Assembly (NCBI GenBank): GCA_964291285.2
Contig: OZ219787.1
Span: 64,001-128,000, forward strand
DNA length: 64,000 nucleotides
From: Alphaproteobacteria bacterium
GTDB taxonomy: Bacteria; Pseudomonadota; Alphaproteobacteria; Bin95
Direction of reading: 5' to 3'
Positions 9,662 to 21,088 of the stretch are shown here, one piece after another. Numbering within the stretch: the stretch's first letter is position 1; each line of letters begins with the position of its first letter. The position numbers and the translations under genes are program-made. A model generated the notes under the pieces. That model was not told the DNA's origin and did not search any database. It saw only the letters and a program-made list of their open reading frames with translations.

Positions 9662-10747
9662 ATGACCGAACGCGGCCCCGCTGCGGAACCGACAATGCTT
9701 GGATTTGCCCCTGAAGCCGCCCAGGCGAAGGTGCCCGCGCTCGTGTTTTGCGGGATCGACGCCCGCGCGCGGACCGAAACGATCGAGCGCCTGCTTGAAG
9801 GAGGCGGCGCGCGCTGGGCGGTGATAAGCAATGAAACCGATGGTCCGGCCTTCGCCGCGGCGGCGACCGAGCGCATTGCCGGGCAGATGGTGCCGCACGC
9901 CATCGGATGTTTGTGCTGCGTCACGCGCTCGGGGCTGGTCAGCAGCCTGCGTCGGCTCTTCGCCCGACGGGCGCAGGGTGAGGTCGAATTCGACCGGGTG
10001 GCGATCGAAATTCTGGCCGACGCCGATCCGGCTCCGGTCATGCAAACCCTGCTGAACAACGCCCTTGTCACTGAATATTTTCGCCTGGACAGCGTCGTTG
10101 CGGTCTTGGCCGGGGGCGACCGCCCGGGTGCGCTGGCGCGGTCGCGCCACGGCTGCAAGCAACTTGCCATCGCGGACAGCATCGTGTTCGATCCGGCGTC
10201 GGTCGCCGCGCCGGAAATGTGCGCCGGCGCGCGGGCGCTGAACCCCGTTGCCGATCTGGTGCCGTCCGACCGGCCTTCCCTGGCGGAAGCGCTGATCGGA
10301 GCGGGCCTGGAAACGCGCCTGCTGGACGGCGGCCTGAGCCGGTGGCTGGGAACGCCGCACTATGGCGGCAGCGATCTGCTCCGGAACGGCCTGCACGGGT
10401 TTGCGATCGAAATCCCGCACGAGCTCGAATGGGAGGCCCTGCATGGCTGGCTGAATGCCGGTACGCAAACCAACGGGGACGTCATGTACCGGACGAAGGC
10501 GGCGATCAGGGTCGCGGGCGTGGACGGGCCGGTTGTCATCAACGGCGTCCAGCACGTCTACCAGCCTCCGCAACGGCTGCCGGGAGTCGAGCTCGACCGT
10601 TCCCGGTTCCTGTTCATCACCGCCAATCTCGACCGCGCGGCCGTCGAGGACAGCCTGCGCTTCGACCTGCCCCAGTTCCAGCGTCTGAGCGAAGCCCGGG
10701 CGGCCCGGCACGCCCGGGCGGCCAGCGACCCGTCGATACCGCTGTAG
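9662..10747 (+). CDS. COG0523/CobW-like protein with degenerate GTPase motifs
   Basis: GCLCC motif, FDRVAIE..A.ADPAPVMQT, and a CobW_C domain (MYRTKA...VINGVQHVY, SRFLFI). No Walker A or NKxD. Start codon uncertain. Confidence 0.8.
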   Translation: MTERGPAAEPTMLGFAPEAAQAKVPALVFCGIDARARTETIERLLEGGGARWAVISNETDGPAFAAAATERIAGQMVPHAIGCLCCVTRSGLVSSLRRLFARRAQGEVEFDRVAIEILADADPAPVMQTLLNNALVTEYFRLDSVVAVLAGGDRPGALARSRHGCKQLAIADSIVFDPASVAAPEMCAGARALNPVADLVPSDRPSLAEALIGAGLETRLLDGGLSRWLGTPHYGGSDLLRNGLHGFAIEIPHELEWEALHGWLNAGTQTNGDVMYRTKAAIRVAGVDGPVVINGVQHVYQPPQRLPGVELDRSRFLFITANLDRAAVEDSLRFDLPQFQRLSEARAARHARAASDPSIPL

Positions 10748-10862
10748 CCGTGGAAGGCCTTCGCCCGCGCAGGGGGCGGGACGGCGCTCCCTGCGGGCGA
10801 GCGCGCAACCTTTGCGGCTATGCCGGTTCGGGTCCGCGCCTTTTTGCTGTCGCCCACCGGAC

Positions 10863-10877
10863 TGTTACTGTATAACG
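10863..10877. promoter_or_regulatory. Probable Zur box
   Basis: TGTTACTGTATAACG about 35 nt upstream of the cyclase start; imperfect match to the other boxes. Confidence 0.55.
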
Positions 10878-10911
10878 GCAACTGTAGTAGGCCCCACCGG
10901 GAGGAACCGCC

Positions 10912-12084
10912 ATGGCCGACGAAATCCGCACAGACGACGCTGTCGAACGAGAAGTGGACATGGAGTCCCATCGGGAGCCGGATGGCGGAGGAGTGACGTC
11001 GCAGTCGCGCCGCTCCTTCATCAAGACCGCGACGCTTGCCACCGGCGGCGCGGCGGTCGCCACCGTGGGCGGCGGGGTGATGCACGAGCTGGACCTCGTC
11101 AAGCCGGCGCACGCCGCCGAAGGCGGTATCGAAGGCACGCCGATGGCCGGGAAATGGTGGCCGTCCCGCTGGGGCGAGGGCGACCAGACCGGCGCCACCA
11201 ACCACATGACGCCGGCGGTAGCGCTGGACGCGGCGAGCCTGATCAAGACCGGCAAGGTGTACAGTCTGGGCCGGGTCTATGAGTACGGCATGCCCTTGTT
11301 CGGCCAGCGCGTGTTCGCGCTTCGGATTCCGGGCGCGCCGACCGGAGGCGCATACGGCAAGAACCAGGTCATCTGGCACGATGAGATCCTGACCACTGAA
11401 ATCGGTCAGGTCGGCACCCAGTTCGACGGGCTTGCCCATATCGGCGCACGGGTCGGCGACGCCGGCGACCTGTCCCAGGAGGTGTTCTACAACGGGTTCA
11501 CCACGAGAGACCTGCACAACAACGACAGCGAGGCCGGATCCACTGCCGGCGCCTACGGGCTGCAGAAGCTCGGCATGGAACATGTCAAGCCGTTCTTCTG
11601 CCGCGGGGTCCTGTTCGATGTCATGGGCCTGAAGGGGCGGATGCTGGACAAGGGCGAGGAGATCACCGTCGACGACCTGAAGGCTTGCCTGGATCGCCAG
11701 GGCATGACAGAGGCCGACATCACCGAGGGTTGCGCGGCGCTGTGGCGCACGGGCTGGGGCGAAAACCTGTGGATGAAGGACAACGCCCGCTTCAATTCCG
11801 GCGAGCCCGGAATCGGCGTGGGCGCGGGCGAGTGGCTGGCGGCCAAGGGAATTTCGGTGGGCGCCGCCGACTGCTGGGCCATCGAGTGCGTGCCTAACCC
11901 GGATCCGAACCTGGCGTTTCCGGTGCACCAGATCTTCCTGACCAAGAACGGCATCCACATTCTCGAGAATGTGCGCCTCGATCATCTGGCCGCCGACGGC
12001 GTTTACAAGTTCGCCTTCATTTTCTCCACACTGCCGATCAAGGGGGCCACGGGCTCGCCAGGCAACCCGATCGCAGTCGTCTAG
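10912..12084 (+). CDS. Cyclase family (kynurenine formamidase-like) metal-dependent hydrolase with a Tat signal
   Basis: SRRSFIK twin-arginine motif, QVGTQFDGLAH, RTGWG, PGIG, PVHQIFL..NGIHILEN and GATGSPGNPIAV. Confidence 0.88.
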   Translation: MADEIRTDDAVEREVDMESHREPDGGGVTSQSRRSFIKTATLATGGAAVATVGGGVMHELDLVKPAHAAEGGIEGTPMAGKWWPSRWGEGDQTGATNHMTPAVALDAASLIKTGKVYSLGRVYEYGMPLFGQRVFALRIPGAPTGGAYGKNQVIWHDEILTTEIGQVGTQFDGLAHIGARVGDAGDLSQEVFYNGFTTRDLHNNDSEAGSTAGAYGLQKLGMEHVKPFFCRGVLFDVMGLKGRMLDKGEEITVDDLKACLDRQGMTEADITEGCAALWRTGWGENLWMKDNARFNSGEPGIGVGAGEWLAAKGISVGAADCWAIECVPNPDPNLAFPVHQIFLTKNGIHILENVRLDHLAADGVYKFAFIFSTLPIKGATGSPGNPIAVV

Positions 12085-13198
12085 AAGGCCTCAATCGGCA
12101 GAAGCCAGGCGGGCGAGCGTGTCGCTGTCGAAGCGATAAGCGAACACGCGCCCGTCCGAGTCGCCGCCCAGCAGGCAGTTCCCCTCCGGGGACCACGCGA
12201 GGCCTGCGACGGGACTCCCCTGCGGGGCGGCGAGGCTGCGTCTTTGCGGCCGCGCGGTCAGGCTCACCAGTTCGAGACCGCCGTCGTTATACCCGGCGGC
12301 CGCCAGGGCAAGGCGCGGGTTGGCGCACACCCTGGCGACCAGATGTTCGCTGTAGCGTCCCAGCATTCGCGGGGCCGGCGACGGCAGGCGGCCGTCCAAG
12401 AACGGCCAGCCGCTCACAGTGTCCGCCCCGGATGCGAGCAGCCAGGCGCCGTCGGCGCTCCAGCCGATGGATTTGACCTTGTTGATGCAGGGACCGAGGC
12501 TGGCGTCCTGCCCGGAAACGAGGTCCCATGCGTGCAGCGTCTTTTCCTGGGTGGCCGTCACCACAAACCGTTCGTCCCTGCTCCAGCTGAGATCGAGGTG
12601 CGAACCCCGGCGATGCAGGCGCTGCGGCTCGCCGCGCCTGCCGTTCAGCAGCCAAAGGCTCGCCCCGTTGTAGTGCGAAACGGCAAGGCGCCGGCCGCTG
12701 CTGTCGAAAGCCAGGCCCGCGACGCTGCTTGGATGTCCTCCGAGTTCTGCAACCTCCCGTCCCTCGGCGTCCAGCAGCCTGACTCGCACACCGTCCGAGA
12801 TCGCGCTCAGACCGCATGGGTGCGAGGCGAGCCGATCGGGCCAGTACCGGGCGAGCCGCGCCAGCTTCCGCGGTCCACCCGTGGCGTGAACCCGATACAC
12901 GGCGCCGTCATCGGCCCCGCACAGGAATCCGCGCTCCCGGCAATCGGGGGCCAGCGCCAGCACGGCGCCCCGGGTCAGCGATCGGACCGAAAGGGACGGT
13001 TCCCGTTCGCGGAGGTCTGCAATGCGAACGCACCCGTCCCCGCCGGCGAATGCCGCATAACGTCCGCCGCGCTCGACGCAAACGCCGGTCAGCGGCGCGT
13101 CAACGATCCAGTGATCCAGCCTGAAACCGTTCAACGCCGGCCGCGCCGTACCGACCGGCCCGGCCCGGCGCGTATGGCCGCTGAGCCGGCGGCCGCTC

Positions 13199-14542
<1,344 letters not shown>

Positions 14543-14556
14543 GTCGCGATCCTGTC

Positions 14557-14571
14557 TGTTACAAGGTAACA
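14557..14571. promoter_or_regulatory. Probable Zur box
   Basis: Palindrome TGTTAC-AAG-GTAACA just upstream of the COG0523 start. Confidence 0.65.
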
Positions 14572-14588
14572 CGGTAGCGTCATGCCAG

Positions 14589-15000
14589 ATGGAATTCGAC
14601 GATTTTCTGGCGCGCCGGACCGGCGCTGTCGTAACCAATGCGGCTTCCTCCGGAATGGAGATCGAGCGCAGGCGCCTGAAGTCCCTCGCACGCCGCACCG
14701 ACAGGCCGGGGTTGGCATACCTTGCCGCGTGGGCCGTCGCCATGGGGTTCACCGGCTCTCTTGTCCGGCTTGCGCTGGATACGGCCTGGGTCTGGCCGGC
14801 AATGTTCCTTTACGGCGTTGTCATGTCGGTGCCGTCCTATTCGCTCAGCCATGAGACGGCGCGCGGGACCGCATTCCGCACCCGCTGGCTCAACGAGAGC
14901 GTCTTTTGGTGCATGTCGCTCCTCTATGGCGAGGATCCCGCTGCACCGGCGCTATACGCACACCAACCCCACACTCACACCCGGCACACCTGTTGCCGCA
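14589..15000 (+). pseudogene. Fatty-acid desaturase family (MocD-like) 5' fragment, truncated by the recombinase element
   Basis: TM segments, then SHETARGTAFRTRWLNE (first His box degenerate) and a frameshifted RRYTHTN. Homology ends at the integrase leader. Confidence 0.7.
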
Positions 15001-15116
15001 CCTGGTCGGTTCTAAAGGGTTGATATAGCGATTGTTTTTCCTCGTGCAACAGCAAGCCGGGGGTGCAACTGCAACCGCAATCTCCCCCGCCTGCAAGTGG
15101 ATGCAGGAGGAAATCC

Positions 15117-16238
15117 ATGCCCAATGTCCGCCTCAGGGAGAGCCTGGTCGAGGCCCTTGAACCCCGGAAGTCGCCCTACGATGTCCGCGACGCCGATCTG
15201 AAGGGCTTCGGCGTCCGCGTCCTGCCCTCGGGTGCCAAGCGGTATTTCATTCACAGCCAGCACGAGGGCCGGCGCCTCTGGAAGACCGTGGGCGACGCCG
15301 GCAGCATCGGTCTCGACGAGGCCCGCCGGCAGGCAACGGAACTGCTTGCCGCCATCCGGCGCGACGAACCCGCCGCGCTTCCCGAAGACAGGCTTTTCGA
15401 GGCCGTGGCCGAGGAAGTGTTCGACCGCTACGGGCGTCACTGGAAGCCCGGAACCATGAAGGTCAACCGGAATTATCTCCGAAGCACGATCCTTCCCCGG
15501 TTCGGCGGGATGAACATAGCCGACATCACCCGGCAGGACGTGCAGAACTGGTTCGCGTCCCTTCATGCGACGCCGGTGATGGCGGACCGGTCCGTGCCGA
15601 TCCTCTCCGTCATCATGCGCCAGGCCGAGCTTTACAGCTACCGCCCGGAGGGCAGCAATCCCTGCACCGGCATCCGGCGCTACCGGCGCAAGGGCCGGGA
15701 GAGGTTCCTGTCGGGGCCGGAGCTTCGCCGTCTCGCACGAGTGCTCGAAGATCATGAAGAACGGCATTCGCGCAGCGTTGCGTTCATCCGCCTGTTGCTG
15801 CTCACCGGCTGCCGCAAGAGCGAGATCGGGACACTCCAATGGCCCGACTACCGCGAGGGGCGGCTGTTCCTGCGTGACTCCAAGACCGGCTCCCGGACGG
15901 TCTGGCTGTGCTCGCCCGCGCGCGACATCCTCGGCGGGCTCCCCCGGCAGGGCAAATGGGTCTTCCCCTCGCCGCGGAGGCGGGGGCCGCTCTGCCTGAC
16001 GTTGTTCGAGACCTTCTGGCGGCGGGTCCGGGAGGAAGCGGACATTGGTGATGTCCGGCTTCACGATCTTCGTCATACATATGCCAGCATCGCCATCATG
16101 GGGGGTGAGAGCGTCACGACCACGGCGCGGCTGCTGGGCCACAACGACGCGCAGACGACACTGAAATACGCCCATCTCAGCGACCGTTCGGTCCGGGAAG
16201 CCACCGACGCTCTCGGCCCCATTCTTGGGGAGGGCTGA
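15117..16238 (+). CDS. Tyrosine recombinase/integrase A (arm-binding N-domain)
   Basis: GFGVRVLPSG.K arm domain, then TGCRKSEI, DSKTG, HDLRH, LLGH and KYAH. Confidence 0.93.
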   Translation: MPNVRLRESLVEALEPRKSPYDVRDADLKGFGVRVLPSGAKRYFIHSQHEGRRLWKTVGDAGSIGLDEARRQATELLAAIRRDEPAALPEDRLFEAVAEEVFDRYGRHWKPGTMKVNRNYLRSTILPRFGGMNIADITRQDVQNWFASLHATPVMADRSVPILSVIMRQAELYSYRPEGSNPCTGIRRYRRKGRERFLSGPELRRLARVLEDHEERHSRSVAFIRLLLLTGCRKSEIGTLQWPDYREGRLFLRDSKTGSRTVWLCSPARDILGGLPRQGKWVFPSPRRRGPLCLTLFETFWRRVREEADIGDVRLHDLRHTYASIAIMGGESVTTTARLLGHNDAQTTLKYAHLSDRSVREATDALGPILGEG

Positions 16239-16241
16239 TCC

Positions 16242-17465
16242 ATGCCGAGGCGGAAAAGACTGACCGACGCAGGCATTGCAAGGCTCAGGCCGCAGGTGCG
16301 TGAATATACGCTCTGGGATACCGGAGTCGCCGGGCTCGGTGTGCGGGTCCGGTCTTCCGGCAGCCGGACCTTCATCTACCACCGCAAGACGGAAGGGGGC
16401 GTGCGGAAGATGTCCTTCGGCCCGGCGGCGCTGCGCAAGGTCGAGGACGTGCGCCGCGCCTGCATGGAGGCGGCAACCGCAACCACCGATGCGGACGATG
16501 CCTGCCACCAGAAGGCGCCGCTGTTCCGGGATTTCGTCGCCGGTCAATGGAAGGCGAATTGCTTCGAGCGCTGCAAGCTCTCCACGCAGAAGGGGTTCCG
16601 CAGCATGCTGAACCGCCGGCTGCTTCCTGCCTTCGGCGCCCTGCGTCTCGACTGCATCACCCGCAGCACGGCGCTCGGCTGGTTCGAGGCGGGCAGCCGG
16701 ACCGCGCCGGGGTCGGCCAATCACGCCCTCGGCCTGCTGCGCCAGATACTCAACCATGCCGTCGCCTGCGGCCATATCGCGACCAACCCGGTGCGCGGCA
16801 TCCGCCGCAATCCCGGCCGGAAGATGACGCGGTTTCTCTCCCGCGAGGAGATCGCCCGCCTTCACCGCGTCCTCGACCGGTATGCCGAAGGCTCCGCGTC
16901 CGAGGCGCAGCAGGCCGATATTATCTGCCTGTTGCTGCTCACCGGCTGCCGCAAGGGCGAGATCGTCTACCTCCGCCGCGAGGAGGTCAGGGACGACCGG
17001 CTGGAACTTGCCGACGCCAAGACCGGGCCGAGAACGGTCCTGTTGAACGCGCCGGCCAGGCAAATCGTCGCGCGCCGGATGCAGCAGGGAAACGGTCCCT
17101 GGCTGTTTCCGTCCGTCAGGGACCCGTTCCGTCCCTGGCCACGCAATCCCTGGCTCTGGTATCGGATACGGCGGGAAGCGGGCATCGAGGACGTGCGCCT
17201 CCACGACCTGCGCCACACGGTCGCCAGCCAGGCGGCGATGAACGGCGTTCCCCTCCCCGTCGTCGCCCGCATGCTCGGTCACAGCGACGTAAGTATGACC
17301 ATGCGCTATGCCCACGTTGGAGACCGCGAGGTCGAGGCGGCGGCAGAGCGGGTCGGGCAGGCCATCGCTGCGATAATCGGCATGGAAGAACCGGAAGCGG
17401 CGGCTCCTCCTTCTCAAAGGCAAGGGACCATGCCCGAGAAGCCGTCACCGATGCGTGGGGTGTGA
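16242..17465 (+). CDS. Tyrosine recombinase/integrase B (arm-binding N-domain)
   Basis: GLGVRVRSSG, TGCRKGEI, DAKTG, HDLRH, MLGH and RYAH. Confidence 0.93.
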   Translation: MPRRKRLTDAGIARLRPQVREYTLWDTGVAGLGVRVRSSGSRTFIYHRKTEGGVRKMSFGPAALRKVEDVRRACMEAATATTDADDACHQKAPLFRDFVAGQWKANCFERCKLSTQKGFRSMLNRRLLPAFGALRLDCITRSTALGWFEAGSRTAPGSANHALGLLRQILNHAVACGHIATNPVRGIRRNPGRKMTRFLSREEIARLHRVLDRYAEGSASEAQQADIICLLLLTGCRKGEIVYLRREEVRDDRLELADAKTGPRTVLLNAPARQIVARRMQQGNGPWLFPSVRDPFRPWPRNPWLWYRIRREAGIEDVRLHDLRHTVASQAAMNGVPLPVVARMLGHSDVSMTMRYAHVGDREVEAAAERVGQAIAAIIGMEEPEAAAPPSQRQGTMPEKPSPMRGV

Positions 17466-18244
17466 CGGTAAAACTCCGAACGGAGTCGAGATCGGGCGAG
17501 GTTGCCCTGCACACCACCGTCGCCTGAAACGCCGACGTCACAAGGGACGGGAGCCGTCGCGGCGATTGAGCGAGACGACCGGTCCGCGATCTTCGAGCGC
17601 GTTCCGCGTTGTCGTCCGGTCGCAGAGGTAACAGAACGCGGCGCGGCGTGCAAACGGCGGAGGGCAGTCTTCACACATGGCGCACCGGAGCCGGCGGCGT
17701 TACCTCGGCGGCACGGGCGCCGCCGCACATGTTCCGCGGAGCCGAAGGACGCCGCGCACATGTTACCGCGATACAGGCGTGCTGGACGAAAGCGGGGCTG
17801 TTCAGGGTGATTGCGTGCTGCTCACACATTGCCGCAGACGCAGCCGGGGATGGCGCACCCGTTACCGCGGCGTCAGCCGCGCGGGTGCGGTGACGGTTGC
17901 GATAGCCGTTGCGATCGGAGGCGCCGACGGCGGCGCCTGCAGGACTGCGGGCAGCGGTGCGAAGCACGGTGTCGTGCCGGTCCGGCAGCAGCGCCGGCAG
18001 TGGGCGGGTCAGCAGTGCCTGCGGCACTGCGCCGGGCTCGGCGCAGCCCGCGATGCACCCATGCGAAGCATGGTGCAGCGGCGCGTGATGCGGCAGCCCC
18101 GGATCGCAGTCCGGGGCAGGCTCCGCACGGGCGCGGCGCGAAGCGCGCGCGAGGTGTCGGCGGCGCAGCGCGACGGGTGTGCGCATACGGAGACGGACCC
18201 GCCGCCGCCGGAGCGGAGACGACGCGGCCCGTGGGTGCTGCGTG

Positions 18245-19162
18245 TCAGGCGGGGCAGCGCATGACCGGGATGCCGAGGCTGCGGGCCTTGTCGACGAGGT
18301 TTTCGGTGATGCCGGAGCCGGGGAAGGCGATGACGCCCCTGGGCAGGAGGTTGAGCAGTTCGTCGTTGCGGCGGAACGGTGCGGCGCGACCGTGGCGGTC
18401 CCAGTCGGGCTTGCAGACGACCTGGTGGACGCCGTTGCGCTCGGCCCAGCGCGCCGCGATCTTCTCGACGCCGGGACCGCCGCCATGCACGAGTACGAGG
18501 TCGGCATACTTGGCGCGGGCCTGGTCGAGCCTGGCGATCACCGCGGCCGGGTCGGCGATGTCCTTGCCGCCGGCGATGGCGACGAGGGTGCCCTGCGGCA
18601 GGTGCGCCATGGTCGCGCGGTCCTTGCGGGCACGGACGAAGTCGCGGGCGTCGATGGCGGCGCTGGTGAGCGTGCCGGTCTGGCTGGCGTGGCTGCCGTG
18701 CGGGGGCCGCCACATGTCGCCGGTCTCTTCGCGGTAGGCGTGCGCGGCGGTGTTGCGCATCTTCTCGAAGGCGTCGCGCCGGTCTCCGAGGTTCTGCGCG
18801 CGGTCGGTGACGAGCTCCAGGTCGCGGGACTTGATCTCGGTGCCGTCCTGCTCGCGCTGGAGGTCGCGCAGGTCCGGGCTGAGCCGGTCGACGCTGCGGT
18901 CGAGGCGGCGGCTCTGGGCGTGGAGCATGTTGACGAAGCCCCACAGCAGGCTCTCGCGTTCGTCGGCGAGCTGGGTGCCGTCGGGGCAGGCGCCTTCGAC
19001 GAGGATGCGGAAGGCCTCGCCGATTGCGGTCAGCGCATCGTCCTCGTCCCAGACCTCGCGCGTGTCGAACTCGTCGCGCTCGGGGGTTGCGCCGTAGAGG
19101 GCGGCGTTGTCGCAGACGATCGCGGTTGCGGACTGCGCTGCGGTTTCGATATCGAAGGTCAT
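18245..19162 (-). CDS. DUF2493 / YspA-like SLOG-domain protein, copy 1
   Basis: C-terminal VAIAGG, LVHGGGPGVE.IA..WA, AAPFRRNDELL and VIAFPGSGIT. Confidence 0.85.
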   Translation of the reverse strand: MTFDIETAAQSATAIVCDNAALYGATPERDEFDTREVWDEDDALTAIGEAFRILVEGACPDGTQLADERESLLWGFVNMLHAQSRRLDRSVDRLSPDLRDLQREQDGTEIKSRDLELVTDRAQNLGDRRDAFEKMRNTAAHAYREETGDMWRPPHGSHASQTGTLTSAAIDARDFVRARKDRATMAHLPQGTLVAIAGGKDIADPAAVIARLDQARAKYADLVLVHGGGPGVEKIAARWAERNGVHQVVCKPDWDRHGRAAPFRRNDELLNLLPRGVIAFPGSGITENLVDKARSLGIPVMRCPA

Positions 19163-19571
19163 GTCGTTTTCCTTTCGGTTTCACGTTCGGGGCCGATCCC
19201 CGCTGTGATGTCCTGTTGGGTCACGCGCGCGCAACGGAAGCACCTGGGCCTGGAAGCTCTTGGGGCGGAGTGGTGCGGAAAGTCGGCGAGTGGTGCGGAA
19301 GATCGCGTTCGCACCGCCGATGCCAGGCGTGCTCGGCCTCTGACACGCGATCTTCACGGTCGCCGGCTTTCACGGTCCGCCCCTGGAGCTTCTTGCCCAG
19401 GCCGCAGGGAGCGTAGCGACCGGAGGACCCCGAAGGGGTTGCTGGAGAGAGCACGTGTGGCACAATGGGACAGCACAGCGGGGTGGCTTATTCTCTCCCC
19501 CTGCACGGACCCCATCGTCGTTTCGGCCCGGTACGGCGCCGGGAAGGATTTTCGGCCCTGCCGCCTTTGCG

Positions 19572-19799
19572 TCAGTTCCACAGGGGATGGGAGTCGACCC
19601 GCTGCCGGGCGGTCTCGCGGATGCGGGTGCGGTCGTGGAGATAGACGGGGCCGCGCGGGTCTTCGTCGAGGTGTATGGCGAACACCTTGCGCCCCGGCCG
19701 GGTGCTGTCGTCGAAGGCGTGGACGTCTCCGACATGGTCGCCGTCCCGGTAGATGCGGGATTCGTCGGGGGCGATGCGGCGGAAGGAGATGGTGCTCAT
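19572..19799 (-). CDS. Hypothetical protein (75 aa), copy 1
   Basis: Near-identical second copy at 51497; RBS GGAG. Confidence 0.75.
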   Translation of the reverse strand: MSTISFRRIAPDESRIYRDGDHVGDVHAFDDSTRPGRKVFAIHLDEDPRGPVYLHDRTRIRETARQRVDSHPLWN

Positions 19800-19980
19800 C
19801 GGGTTCTCCGGGTAGCGTGACGGGTGCGCGAGCGGACTCCCTCCCTCCTCGCACGGTTCACCCGCTTTCCAGCCTCGCTCCCACTCCCGTATGCGCCGCG
19901 GCGAGACTCGAACCTGCCCGCATGAGAAAAGGGCCGACGCGCGAGGCGCCGACCCTGTGGGGAGGGAAGAACGGGAAGCT

Positions 19981-20406
19981 CTAGAACGGGATCTGATCCT
20001 TATCCATCGGGTCGCCGCCGGCCGCGTCCGGGCCGGGCTGCGCGGCGTTGCCGTTCGCCTTGTCGAGGAACTGGACGCGCCCGCCGGGCACGAGCAGGAT
20101 CTCGGTCGAGAAGCGGTCGCCGTCCTCGCCCGGCTTCGACCAGCGCCGGGTCTGGAGCTTGCCGTCGATGTAGACCAGCCGGCCCTTCGTGGCGTGCTTC
20201 TCGAACATGTCGATCAGCCCGTCCTGGAAGGTCACGACCCGGTGCCACTCGGTCCTGTCGACCTTCTCGCCGGTCTGCTTGTTGATGAACGACTCGTCAG
20301 TCGCGATGCTCAGGTTGGCGACGCGCCCGCCCGATGCGAGGTGGTTGATGGTGACGTCGGCGCCGAGGCGGCCGATGATCTGCACCTTGTTCAATCCGAA
20401 ACTCAT
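19981..20406 (-). CDS. ssb: Single-stranded DNA-binding protein, copy 1
   Basis: NKVQIIGRLGAD, TEWHRVV, KGRLVYIDGKLQTRRW and an acidic IPF tail. Confidence 0.95.
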   Translation of the reverse strand: MSFGLNKVQIIGRLGADVTINHLASGGRVANLSIATDESFINKQTGEKVDRTEWHRVVTFQDGLIDMFEKHATKGRLVYIDGKLQTRRWSKPGEDGDRFSTEILLVPGGRVQFLDKANGNAAQPGPDAAGGDPMDKDQIPF

Positions 20407-20498
20407 TGCGATACTCCTTCAGGTTCGCGTTGATGACGATGGGTTGCGAACGACCGGGGCCGGGGTCACTCCCCCGAACCCCCGACCGTTCAATCTCT

Positions 20499-20762
20499 TC
20501 AGGCCCTCCTCCACCTCCGGTTCGCCGGAGGGAGCGACGCCGCCGGGTTCCGGGGCTCCGCCGGGTCCTGGAGGGACATCCCGAACGCCGGTTCCGGGAA
20601 GAGGCTCGCGAAGCCGTGTTCCGGACAGGCCGCGCCCCGGTCGGGACAGCGGATGGCGCGCTCGTCCTCGGCGATCTCGCGGACGGTGCGACGGTCGACG
20701 CCGAGTTCGGCGAGCAGGTCGCAGCCAAGCGGAAGGTCGAGGGATGTATCGGGATGAAACAT
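20499..20762 (-). CDS. Small hypothetical protein, copy 1
   Basis: MFHPDTSLDLP.GCDLLAELG...FASLFPEPA is conserved in the copy at 50573. Confidence 0.55.
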   Translation of the reverse strand: MFHPDTSLDLPLGCDLLAELGVDRRTVREIAEDERAIRCPDRGAACPEHGFASLFPEPAFGMSLQDPAEPRNPAASLPPANRRWRRA

Positions 20763-20956
20763 GGGCGGGGTCTCCTCTGCCGTTGCCCTGCCCGGCGACC
20801 TGTGCCGGACATCGATCCGGCATCGGCGGGGAGTCCTCTCCTCCGCCCTGCCGGACACTCGCCCGGCAGGCGCTTCACCCCTCTCCACGACACAGGGACG
20901 GCGCGGCGGATCGCGGCCAGGCGAGCGCCGCCATCGCCGCCCGGGACAGCATGTCA

Positions 20957-21088
20957 TACCAACGGTCGTTGATTGGAACCTATAGCAGAGCCTCCCTCCG
21001 CAGCTCGCCCCCTGAGCCGAGGCCTCCTACTGCAAGAGGTAATCTCCGCCGAGAGAGGCTAATCGGTTCTTATCTGTGGCCGGTGGTA
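20957..21088. mobile_element. 132-bp MITE, probably of the IS630 type
   Basis: Absent from the second module copy. Ends TACCAACGGTC / GGCCGGTGGTA with TCA duplicated on both sides. Confidence 0.85.

Noticed and set aside
15012-17423. 803-aa minus-strand ORF
   Set aside because: Antisense shadow of the integrase pair.
19198-19483. Retron msr-msd, given the a1/a2-like inverted repeat
   Set aside because: No reverse transcriptase anywhere in the window.
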